Source: Bacteroidia bacterium
GTDB lineage: Bacteria > Bacteroidota > Bacteroidia > 2-12-FULL-35-15
DNA: 64,000 nucleotides
Direction: 5' to 3'
NCBI GenBank assembly: GCA_036170475.1
Contig: JAVHPE010000161.1
Location: forward strand, 5,559 to 69,558
Each line of letters starts with the position of its first letter. Position 1 is the first letter of the stretch. Made by a program: the position numbers and the translations under genes. Of the stretch, positions 54,125 to 62,240 are shown piece by piece. Below the pieces are notes generated by a model. It was not told the origin of the DNA. It worked only from the letters and a program-made list of their open reading frames with translations, and ran no database searches.

Positions 54125-55038
54125 TCTTTTATAAATCGAATCATTTCTTCAATATGATTATAATCAGCTTCTTTCCCTTCTACAAATTTGTCTATTGATA
54201 ATTTATTAAGTATTTTTTTTCCCTCTGTATCCTCATGTAAGGTAGTTAGTATTTTTTTTAATTTTTCCTTCGTTTCTTTCTTCAAATTTGCCGGAACTAC
54301 AACAGGGGATATTGCAAAATCTTCTGATTTTTCAATAATTTTAATCTGTGTTACCGATTCAGGATGATGCTCTGCCATGTATTCATAAATCAAACCGTCA
54401 ACAGAAGCTCCATCAATTACTCCTTTTGAAATAAGTTGCATCGAAATATCGTGTGCGTAAGAAAACACAGTTGAGCCAAAAAATTCGCCACTCTTAAATC
54501 CTAACTCTTTAACTCGTTTATCCGCGTATAATTTCCCGGAATTCGACAGAGGATCGGTATATGCGAAAGTTTTGCCTTTTAATTCTATAAATTTAGTGAT
54601 AGATGATGTTTTAGGAACAATGATATATGACTGGTAAAAAGGTTTGCCATAGCAAACAGGAACTGCGAGTAATTCCAAATTACAATTCTTCTTATCCATC
54701 ACATAAGCTCCAGTGCAAATAAAGGCGAGATCTACTTCATTTTGCGCAAGCAATTGATCTACTTCTTTGTAGGTTTTTCGTTGTTTGAACTCAATTTTAT
54801 AATCAAGTTTTTTAGAGATATAATTAAAAAGTTCCTCATAAAAAGTAAATGTTTCTCTTGGAGAGATTATAGCAGAGACCGCAACATTTAGTTTTTGAAT
54901 AGTATCCTTTTTTGTGGTTTGTGATTTTTTTATATTTTGATCTGAGAAATCAATAATTTTAGTGTCTCCGTTGTTTTGGTTTGGTTGCCCGCAACTATAC
55001 GCTAAAATGATGCAACAAAAAGTAAATAAAAGTCTCAT
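54121..55038 (-). CDS. PhnD-type (phosphonate/oxyanion) periplasmic substrate-binding lipoprotein, AioX/ArxX-like position
   Basis: Lipobox LAYSCGQ. FAYTDPLSNSGKLY matches the PhnD 'dp-S-x-SG' ligand loop. ATGA overlap with the kinase gene. Confidence 0.75.
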   Translation of the reverse strand: MRLLFTFCCIILAYSCGQPNQNNGDTKIIDFSDQNIKKSQTTKKDTIQKLNVAVSAIISPRETFTFYEELFNYISKKLDYKIEFKQRKTYKEVDQLLAQNEVDLAFICTGAYVMDKKNCNLELLAVPVCYGKPFYQSYIIVPKTSSITKFIELKGKTFAYTDPLSNSGKLYADKRVKELGFKSGEFFGSTVFSYAHDISMQLISKGVIDGASVDGLIYEYMAEHHPESVTQIKIIEKSEDFAISPVVVPANLKKETKEKLKKILTTLHEDTEGKKILNKLSIDKFVEGKEADYNHIEEMIRFIKE

Positions 55039-55430
55039 TTTAAAAATTGTTTCTACTCAAATGTATTTCAAGATTTTAAAATGAATTATGACTTTAGTCA
55101 TGCTGAAAACTGTTATATACCACATTTTAAATTTTTTCATATAAAATCAGGTAAAGTAGTTTCATTGTGTAGAAAGTGAATTTGGTGAAGCCAAGCGATA
55201 GTTTGTAATGGGGAACAAACATACCGTACTGAAAACAGTGAGAGAGTCAATAATAGGAGCGATAGTTAAAACGCTCAACCGAATTTTGTTAGCGCAATAG
55301 CACATCCGTTGTAAGTGTTTTTAAGTTAAATTTTAACAAGCAGAATAAAAGTTTATCAGAGCATGTTTCCTATTCATGCGACTTGTCAGGCGTGAAATAA
55401 AAATTATTTCAATTAATTATAGATAGTGGT

Positions 55431-55745
55431 TTATTCTTTAATAAATTTTTGCGTACTGTTTTTTCCATTTTCCGAAATGATATTTATAAAGTACAATCCT
55501 TTTGAAAGAGAAGAAATATCAATTGAATTATTTTCATGTTTCACATTTACAGTTTGTCCCCAATAATTTAAACACTGAATGTTTTTTATTTTTTCAGATG
55601 ATTCAATAAATAAATAAATTTCCGTTGGCAGGATTAGGATAAATATCTACAGTTGTGTAAGAGTAATTTTGTTCGGAAACATCTGTTACAGTGACCCCCA
55701 TAAAATAAAGCCTGTTGGTATTATGGTCATAAATCATAACGCCCA
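55431..55745 (-). pseudogene. Remnant of a T9SS-sorted protein gene (C-terminal sorting domain only; frameshifted)
   Basis: Minus strand reads ...VTVTDVSEQNYSYTTVDIYPNPANGN in one frame. A 1-nt shift then occurs in the atttatttatttatt run (about 55620). After it the frame reads LFIESSEKIKNIQCLNYWGQTVNVKHENNSIDISSLSKGLYFINIISENGKNSTQKFIKE*. Confidence 0.65.
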
Positions 55746-55769
55746 TTAATGGATTTAAAGAAATTGAAC

Positions 55770-55885
55770 ACCCTAACATCTGTAAGCCCCATCGGGGCGT
55801 AATATTGCGCTCCTACGGAGCTAAAAGGCGGAGGTAATTGATGTTTTCTACCAATATTATGCTCCTCTGGAGCAGTTAGTGCGTA
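55770..55885. repeat. Hairpin-rich repeat of the same family as the interior of the 7101-7320 element
   Basis: 13-nt hairpins gccccatcggggc (55786-55798), gctcctacggagc (55809-55821) and gctcctctggagc (55861-55873). ttttctaccaatatt-hairpin parallels ttctaccaatattt-ctcctaacggag at 7253-7279. Confidence 0.55.
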
Positions 55886-56030
55886 ACATGAGTTAGTAAC
55901 ATAAAAGTAGTAATTATGATTTTTGTATTTTACAAAAGCCGCAATCATCACTTAATAAATTGATAAATCTTGTTCTGCCTGAAACCAAACTGTCTTCGAA
56001 GCACATAGTGCGATGGGTATTCCTTTATGA

Positions 56031-56308
56031 TTAAAGATTTTTCAGGTAATATTTTTTACGAATCCAGAAAGCAACATTCACGAGGGCAATTAAAGCCGAC
56101 ACTTCCACCAATGTCCCTATAACTCACACAAATGCCTACCCGCTGTTGATTCCGAAAACACCAATAGCAACAGCAATAGCTAATTCAAAATTGTTTCCAG
56201 CTGCGGTAAATGCAATAGATGCGCTTTTTGAATAATCTGCTCCCATCTTTTTTCCTAAAAGGAAACTTATCAAAAACATAATGGCAAAGAAGATAACTAA
56301 AGGGATTT
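56031..56308 (-). pseudogene. acr3: ACR3-family arsenite efflux transporter remnant (C-terminal ~90 codons, two in-frame stops)
   Basis: Minus strand reads [89 protein letters not shown]. It matches the conserved ACR3 C-terminus ([38 protein letters not shown]). The N-terminal ~260 codons are absent. Confidence 0.75.
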
Positions 56309-56346
56309 AATGTCTATTGTTTCGATAATTTCTTTTCACGCATGCG

Positions 56347-56847
56347 CTATTTTTTCTTTACTGGTCGACCTGTTTTAAAAATCTCAAATGCTAAAAGCTG
56401 TTGTTCTTTTGTGAGTCCTTCGGTAACCATTACTAATGATTCTTTCCTTAACGCTTCCTGCCAATTTCCGCTCAGTTCCTTCATGGCAACAGCAGTCGTG
56501 GCAAATTTAGAATCGTGTCCCAGAACAATTTTCCTAAAGTGGTTGTTAATTGTATCATTAATTACATTGTAGTTTTGGGGAGTGTATTCATCAAGTGTGC
56601 TTGAACCTCTTCCAAAGGCAAAAGTAAAACTCATATTTTTACCCTTAATTTTCCCACCATACCAATCTTTTCCCTGCTCCACTTCAAGTGAATCAGTTCC
56701 ATGCTCATCTCCCAGTATAAAGTCCGGAGGGAAATCAAAAATATAATTCTTGATTTGAATCGTCTTCCAATTTGACTTGTCAGAATAGTTGTCCTGATTA
56801 CAGGCAAAAAATAAAAGTGAAAAAATGATTGAAAGTTTTAGTTTCAT
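56347..56847 (-). CDS. Hypothetical lipoprotein
   Basis: ATG 56847 gives MKLKLSIIFSLLFFACNQ (lipobox). No recognisable domain. Confidence 0.5.
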   Translation of the reverse strand: MKLKLSIIFSLLFFACNQDNYSDKSNWKTIQIKNYIFDFPPDFILGDEHGTDSLEVEQGKDWYGGKIKGKNMSFTFAFGRGSSTLDEYTPQNYNVINDTINNHFRKIVLGHDSKFATTAVAMKELSGNWQEALRKESLVMVTEGLTKEQQLLAFEIFKTGRPVKKK

Positions 56848-56999
56848 GAAATTACTTTGTTGGTATGTTTTGCTGATGCTTATTATTGAACGATTCAGCA
56901 AATATCGCAAAATTTTAATCTCTTTTAATGAATTTTATATTCGATATAACATTGTCTGTGTAGCGTTTGTTGATGTTTTTTAATTAATATGCGTAAAAC

Positions 57000-58106
57000 T
57001 CAAAGAACCGGCAATTTTAACCATTTTTTCCAAACGGAATAACTGGGGCGTTGTACCATATTTTCATCAATCAATCCCGTATCTTTCCAGAGTAAGGGCA
57101 GTTCCTGAGTATAGCCAATCGCGTTGAAAGTATTAATAGCTGCATCATAATCATAAGCACAAAACCAAATAATAAATTTCGCATTATTTTTTTGGCAGAA
57201 ATCAAATAAATAATTTACATAATCTTCCTGCCACTGTACATTGCCTTCTTTACTCAGTCCGGTAAGGTTAAGATCTTCTGCAATATAACCTGTCTCAGCA
57301 ACAGCAAAAGATTTAGCTGAATTAATATCCGCAAATGATTGAAACAATCCACCTGGTATCAGCGACGGGCTGCTTGAGCCATGAACAGGAGATCCAATGT
57401 AGGTATAAGGATAAGCACTTATTGTAATCCAGTCGGTATAGGGTTCTAATTGTTTTGCATTGGTCAAAAATTTGGGATCGGGAGTAACCATAAGACTTAT
57501 AAAGCAAGGTTTATTTGGGTAAATTAATTTTAATTTATCATGTACCATTGAAAGAAATTGTTTGTACTCTTCAAAGGCGCTTGCCTCCCAATCCCCCAGG
57601 TTACTTTCAACACCAAAATTAATATAGTCAGCATTTAGCTGACCTGCTAAATAAACAATAAATTTCACGTAGGCATCAACAACCATTGTATCATTAAAAT
57701 GTTTTAACGCCCAATCGTTAACATAAGCAGCATTGGGTAAATCGCCATAATATCCGGCACGCTCTTTCCGACTGATTTTAAGGGCAGCTACACTCAATAA
57801 AACTTTTTTACCGGAATTTGTTTTTTGTTTCCTTCTGTCAATATCTTCCAGTAATTTTTGAGGTAATGGAAGGTCATTGTAAATTTCTTCCCATGGAACT
57901 CCATCATCAAAATGATGCGAAACTATATCACAATTATCATTAATAAAGTTATAGCTAAGATTGTAAGCTGCGGCTGTAAAGTCAGGAGGCCAAGGTGTTA
58001 CACCCAGATAAAAACTGCGGGTATCATATTTCAGTTTATCTTTTTTACAGGAATTTGCAAATAAGATAATGCTGCTTAAAAATAATAATACAACTATTTT
58101 TTTCAT
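57000..58106 (-). CDS. Lipoprotein, possibly a clan GH-A-like TIM-barrel glycoside hydrolase
   Basis: Lipobox LFANSCKK. Candidate catalytic pair is FGVESN and FAVAETGY. The assignment is motif-level only. Confidence 0.4.
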   Translation of the reverse strand: MKKIVVLLFLSSIILFANSCKKDKLKYDTRSFYLGVTPWPPDFTAAAYNLSYNFINDNCDIVSHHFDDGVPWEEIYNDLPLPQKLLEDIDRRKQKTNSGKKVLLSVAALKISRKERAGYYGDLPNAAYVNDWALKHFNDTMVVDAYVKFIVYLAGQLNADYINFGVESNLGDWEASAFEEYKQFLSMVHDKLKLIYPNKPCFISLMVTPDPKFLTNAKQLEPYTDWITISAYPYTYIGSPVHGSSSPSLIPGGLFQSFADINSAKSFAVAETGYIAEDLNLTGLSKEGNVQWQEDYVNYLFDFCQKNNAKFIIWFCAYDYDAAINTFNAIGYTQELPLLWKDTGLIDENMVQRPSYSVWKKWLKLPVL

Positions 58107-58108
58107 CG

Positions 58109-58615
58109 TTATTTACTTTTGTTAATATAATACGTTTTGGATTTTAAATAATAGGCTACACCAATATGTGGCGAAAATGAAATGTTTAAAAAATTAGTGG
58201 GGCCTAATGATATTTTTGGTTTCGCTTCCACAATAATGCTTAATTGCTTTACATCCGCAAGTGGTATAAACTCAATCCCCAATGGCACCTGAAGTCCGGG
58301 TATGTAGCTGTCAAATGTGATTCCAATTCCTGAATACACTTTTACTTTTGGATTATTTACAAATCTGCAATTGCGGTTAAATTCCAATACAAAAAAAGGA
58401 AGAGCGCTATAGGTCATGCCTCCTTTGAAATCAGAGAACCATTTTTTTGTTAAATTACTTCTATATCCGATTTGCTTTTGGAGCGGATATATCGCAAAAC
58501 CTTTAATGATTTTGGTGGCTTCAAAATTAGCGTTTTTGAATGTGGCACTGTCTTGTGCGTTTAGCGACTGATATATTATCATAAATGATAAAAAGGAAAT
58601 TAATTTTATTTTCAT
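58109..58615 (-). CDS. Small outer-membrane beta-barrel-like protein
   Basis: Signal peptide MKIKLISFLSFMIIYQSLNAQ and alternating strands. 168 aa. Confidence 0.45.
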   Translation of the reverse strand: MKIKLISFLSFMIIYQSLNAQDSATFKNANFEATKIIKGFAIYPLQKQIGYRSNLTKKWFSDFKGGMTYSALPFFVLEFNRNCRFVNNPKVKVYSGIGITFDSYIPGLQVPLGIEFIPLADVKQLSIIVEAKPKISLGPTNFLNISFSPHIGVAYYLKSKTYYINKSK

Positions 58616-58631
58616 GTTAAAGCTATTTTGG

Positions 58632-59345
58632 TTATTTATAAATCAAAAAAATTGCCGGACGTTTATTAATATCAGGGATTTGTTTTTTCCAGTTAAAAAC
58701 ACTTTTTGTTTTAATGAATTCTGTCGGAAGGGTGATATCGCAGGCAATGCAAAGTGGAGTTTTATTATCGCAAGTTGATAAAATATCATCCAGTATATGT
58801 GCATTACGGTAAGGTGTTTCGATAAATAATTGGGTTTGATTTTTTTCTTTTGCCAGTCTTTCAAGGTCTTTTATTTTTTTAATACGCTCGCTACGTTCCT
58901 TTGGTAGATACCCATTGAAAGTAAAACTTTGTCCGTTAAAACCGGATGCCATTAAAGCAAGGAAAATAGAAGAAGGACCAACTAAAGGAACAACTTTAAT
59001 ATTCCGTTCATGTGCTAATTTTACAACTTCAGCTCCGGGGTCAGCAATACCGGGACAACCGGCTTCTGAAATAATTCCAATATTTTTTCCTAAATTAATA
59101 GAATTCAGATAACCGGAAATTTCACTGGATTCAGTATGTTGATTTAAGGGGTGTAGAATAATTTCCTGTAAGGGTTTTACAATTCCTATTTTCTTTAAAT
59201 AATGACGTGCTGTTTTTTCGTTTTCAACAATATATTCATCAATTAAATTAATAATTTGATTTATTTTAACAGGAATGACATCAGCTGTTTCGGCAGTATC
59301 ACCAAGTGTTGTGGGAATTAAATAAAGTGTACCTTTTTCAGTCAT
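58632..59345 (-). CDS. Tetrapyrrole-methylase-fold SAM-dependent methyltransferase (RsmI-like family)
   Basis: GTLYLIPTTLGD, ISEAGCPGIADPGAEVV and GPSSIFLALMASGF. ATG 59345 avoids overlap with the upstream gene. Confidence 0.7.
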   Translation of the reverse strand: MTEKGTLYLIPTTLGDTAETADVIPVKINQIINLIDEYIVENEKTARHYLKKIGIVKPLQEIILHPLNQHTESSEISGYLNSINLGKNIGIISEAGCPGIADPGAEVVKLAHERNIKVVPLVGPSSIFLALMASGFNGQSFTFNGYLPKERSERIKKIKDLERLAKEKNQTQLFIETPYRNAHILDDILSTCDNKTPLCIACDITLPTEFIKTKSVFNWKKQIPDINKRPAIFLIYK

Positions 59346-59373
59346 TTTTAAGCTTTCACTATGGTGAGATGTA

Positions 59374-60765
59374 TTATTTAATTTTTCCACTTTTTGCCCA
59401 TTCTTCAATTTGTTTTTCGGTACGATTTTGTGCAGAATTAATTATTGTTAAATATGTTTTGTCGGCCATAAATACTGAATATGTAAAGTTAGTTTTATAA
59501 TCGGGATTCCAATTTTTCAATTCTATGAATTTCCGTTTTAGCAATTCAATCTTGTTTTTGTTATCTTTTGAAATGATAACAATTTTTGTAATGGGAGTTT
59601 TTGACATTTTATCAATTGAATTTTCTGAAATATTATCTTCAGTCTGGGACATTGACTTATATGGAAAGAATTGATTGATGTAATTGAAATCATCTGAATT
59701 ATCAGTAAGTACAGAACGATAGGTCATTATATTATTTAACTCTGAAATCCAATCTGAGAAGTTGGTGTCGTATATTTTTATATAATTATCTACAAATGAT
59801 TTGTCGAATGATTTTTGATTTGAAATATATTCTTTAACCAAAGGGTAAATTTTCTTTGCCATAAGGTTAATGTATTTCTGGTTATACCATTCTGCGCTGT
59901 CTTCTTTCTGATTCAATTGTTCATAAACAGTTCCATTACCTATTGCAGTTGCCAGTGCTTCATTTAATAACAGATAAGCGTACGTACTATGTATAGAGGG
60001 ATTGGAATTAAACCATTTATCTATTTCTTTTTTTACTGAGAGAGATTGTTCATTATATAAAATATGAAAAATTTCGTGTAGCATTATGCTAAGCAACAGA
60101 TTATAATCCTTAAAGTCGTTAGGTATTGCACTTGCAGCATTATTACAGAATGCTTCGGCAGTAAAGACTTTTGAATTGGGCAATGGATAAATAGCAATTT
60201 CAAAAGGGATAGCATTATCCCAGGATGAGTTATAAAATTTCTTTCCAATGTCGAAATAGGATGCAATATTTTTTGAAACAATAAAACTTGAAAGTTCAGT
60301 TAATTGTTTTTCAAATTTTTCTTTATTGGGTTGGTAAACCAATTCCTGATAAACAGGACTGAACGTACTTAATATTGAAGTCAACTTTATTACATCTGTA
60401 ATAGGGATTATTCCGACTGAATTAAACTTAAATTCATCTAAAGTTTTACTTCTTATTAAATTTCTTTTCAATAATGAACCTGTCATCCCCGGGAATTTCT
60501 GACCATAAGGGTATTCTGTAAAATCATAAGAATAGTCAATGTTCAGCGTGTCAAATTCGGCAATAAGTTTATTATATTTATCCTGATTGAATTTTGAATT
60601 AGTAAAAAGTTTTTTAAAAGGATTGTCAGGATAATGGGTTGAAAGATTTTCTACAAAAACAAAAACTGCCAGGGGTTCAGAAAATTTGACTTCAAATTTA
60701 GTTTCCTGTCCCCATGTTTTGATAACAAATGAAAACAGTAAAAATAAAATGCTGATCTTTTTCAT
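59374..60765 (-). CDS. Secreted hypothetical protein with HExxH motif (putative zinc metallopeptidase)
   Basis: ATG 60765 gives a signal peptide MKKISILFLLFSFVIKTWGQ. There is a single HEIFH motif in LLSIMLHEIFHILYNEQ. Confidence 0.5.
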   Translation of the reverse strand: MKKISILFLLFSFVIKTWGQETKFEVKFSEPLAVFVFVENLSTHYPDNPFKKLFTNSKFNQDKYNKLIAEFDTLNIDYSYDFTEYPYGQKFPGMTGSLLKRNLIRSKTLDEFKFNSVGIIPITDVIKLTSILSTFSPVYQELVYQPNKEKFEKQLTELSSFIVSKNIASYFDIGKKFYNSSWDNAIPFEIAIYPLPNSKVFTAEAFCNNAASAIPNDFKDYNLLLSIMLHEIFHILYNEQSLSVKKEIDKWFNSNPSIHSTYAYLLLNEALATAIGNGTVYEQLNQKEDSAEWYNQKYINLMAKKIYPLVKEYISNQKSFDKSFVDNYIKIYDTNFSDWISELNNIMTYRSVLTDNSDDFNYINQFFPYKSMSQTEDNISENSIDKMSKTPITKIVIISKDNKNKIELLKRKFIELKNWNPDYKTNFTYSVFMADKTYLTIINSAQNRTEKQIEEWAKSGKIK

Positions 60766-60798
60766 GTTTGAAGTGTTCTTAAAAATCACATAACGATA

Positions 60799-61269
60799 TC
60801 ACTTATTCGAAGTTTGTAGGGAAAGCGCAATCACATCACACGCTTTTTCTAATAAAATAAAGACATTTTCAAAACCCTGCTCCCCGCCAAAATAGGGATC
60901 AGGCACAGCCATATTAGAATTTGGGAAAACGCGATTCAATATCAGTTCAACTTTAAGTTTATCTTTTTCATTTCGAGCTAGGGCAATTATATCAGAATAA
61001 TTAGAGCTGTCCATTGCAAAAATAGTGTCGAATTTATCAAAATCATCCACCTGAAATTGTCTGGCTTTTAATTTAGAAATATCAATACCATGATTTCTTG
61101 CATTCGAAACAGTGCGGTTATCAGGATGTTCACCAACATGATTATTGATTGTTCCCGCAGAATCGATACGAATATCAAGATATAATTTTTCAGTTTTGTC
61201 TCTTAAAATACCTTCAGCCAAAGGAGAACGACAAATATTACCCAAACAAACCATTAAATAAGATACCAT
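60799..61269 (-). CDS. Low-molecular-weight protein-tyrosine phosphatase
   Basis: P-loop VCLGNICRSP (CX5R-S) and the DP general-acid motif VPDPYFG. Confidence 0.88.
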   Translation of the reverse strand: MVSYLMVCLGNICRSPLAEGILRDKTEKLYLDIRIDSAGTINNHVGEHPDNRTVSNARNHGIDISKLKARQFQVDDFDKFDTIFAMDSSNYSDIIALARNEKDKLKVELILNRVFPNSNMAVPDPYFGGEQGFENVFILLEKACDVIALSLQTSNK

Positions 61270-61307
61270 AAAATAATTAAAAAAAAAATAATTTTTCTCT
61301 AAAAAAG

Positions 61308-62240
61308 CTATAAATACATTTGCAACAGAATTTCCATTTCTTTCTGCAATTTCAAGGCTTCTTCCCGTGCTTTCTCAGCAAAATTTTTACCCATACTTGC
61401 ATAAATAATTCCACGAGAAGAGTTCACTAACAAACCACATTGTTTATTCATTCCATGTTTTGCGACATCATGTAAACTACCACCTTGCGCACCAACACCG
61501 GGAACTAACAAAAAATTATCCGGAACAAGTTTACGAATTTCAAGAAGCATTTCCGCTTTAGTTGCACCAACAACATACATCATATTATCGGGAGAACTCC
61601 ATTTTTTGGAAGTTTCCAGAACATGTTCAAACAACCTCAGTCTTCCTTCGACTTCGCTCAGGACATGCTTTCCCTCGCCAAGGCTCATCCGTCCTTCGGA
61701 CAGCTTGTCCAAAGGAGAAGGAAAAAATCGGAAGTGATTTTTTTGAGAGGAGAGTTGAAGGGATATAGTTTGGAAATTATCTGCTCCTTTATTTGATGTC
61801 AGTGCCAATAAAATCACCCATTTATTTTTGTATTCAAGAAATGGAGTAACGCTGTCTTCACCCATATAGGGCGCAACAGTAATTGCATCAAAATTCAAAT
61901 TTTCTAAAAATGCTTTTGCGTACATTTTAGAGGTATTTCCAATATCGCCGCGTTTTGCATCAGCAATGGTAAAAACAGTTGCATACCTTTTATTAATGTA
62001 ATTGATAGTTTTTTCCAGACTAATCCAACCTTGGGCACCTTGAGCTTCATAGAATGCCATATTGGGTTTATAAGAAACACATAAATCATGGGTGGCATCA
62101 ATAATCTGTTGGTTGAATTCAAAAACAGGATCCTCAGTCTTCAACAGATGACTGGGGATTTTAGTAATATCGGTATCCAAACCAATGCAAAGAAAGCTTT
62201 TTTTCTTTTTAATACTTAAAAACAGATCTTCTCTGGTCAT
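61308..62240 (-). CDS. pyrF: Orotidine-5'-phosphate decarboxylase (type 2) carrying an in-frame insertion
   Basis: Motifs [24 protein letters not shown] and VPGVGAQGG. 310 aa, against about 270-280 aa recalled for this subfamily. Confidence 0.9.
   Translation of the reverse strand: MTREDLFLSIKKKKSFLCIGLDTDITKIPSHLLKTEDPVFEFNQQIIDATHDLCVSYKPNMAFYEAQGAQGWISLEKTINYINKRYATVFTIADAKRGDIGNTSKMYAKAFLENLNFDAITVAPYMGEDSVTPFLEYKNKWVILLALTSNKGADNFQTISLQLSSQKNHFRFFPSPLDKLSEGRMSLGEGKHVLSEVEGRLRLFEHVLETSKKWSSPDNMMYVVGATKAEMLLEIRKLVPDNFLLVPGVGAQGGSLHDVAKHGMNKQCGLLVNSSRGIIYASMGKNFAEKAREEALKLQKEMEILLQMYL
61635..61748. repeat. GC-rich repeat-like insertion inside pyrF (encodes ...[39 protein letters not shown]...)
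   Basis: A local stretch of about 80 nt is about 55% G+C by hand count, inside an AT-rich gene. The peptide resembles translations of widespread Bacteroidota/Chlorobi palindromic repeats (DKL.., LSEVEG). Boundaries are approximate. Confidence 0.55.

Noticed and set aside
55727-55951. 74-aa ORF on the minus strand
   Set aside because: It is a translation of the hairpin repeat (..SSVGAQYYAPMGLTDV..), the typical pseudo-peptide of this repeat family. It lies in a region of obvious gene decay.
56031-56308. Stop-codon reassignment suggested by in-frame TAG and TGA in a conserved acr3 segment
   Set aside because: All other genes in the window terminate normally with TAA, TAG or TGA and have no internal stops. 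The acr3 fragment also lacks three quarters of the gene, so decay is the simpler explanation.
60799-61269. LMW-PTP-fold arsenate reductase (ArsC), in view of the arsenic hints
   Set aside because: The P-loop CLGNICRSP is present. The two additional downstream Cys residues used by thioredoxin-coupled ArsC (about positions 82 and 89) are absent. It is most simply an ordinary LMW protein-tyrosine phosphatase.
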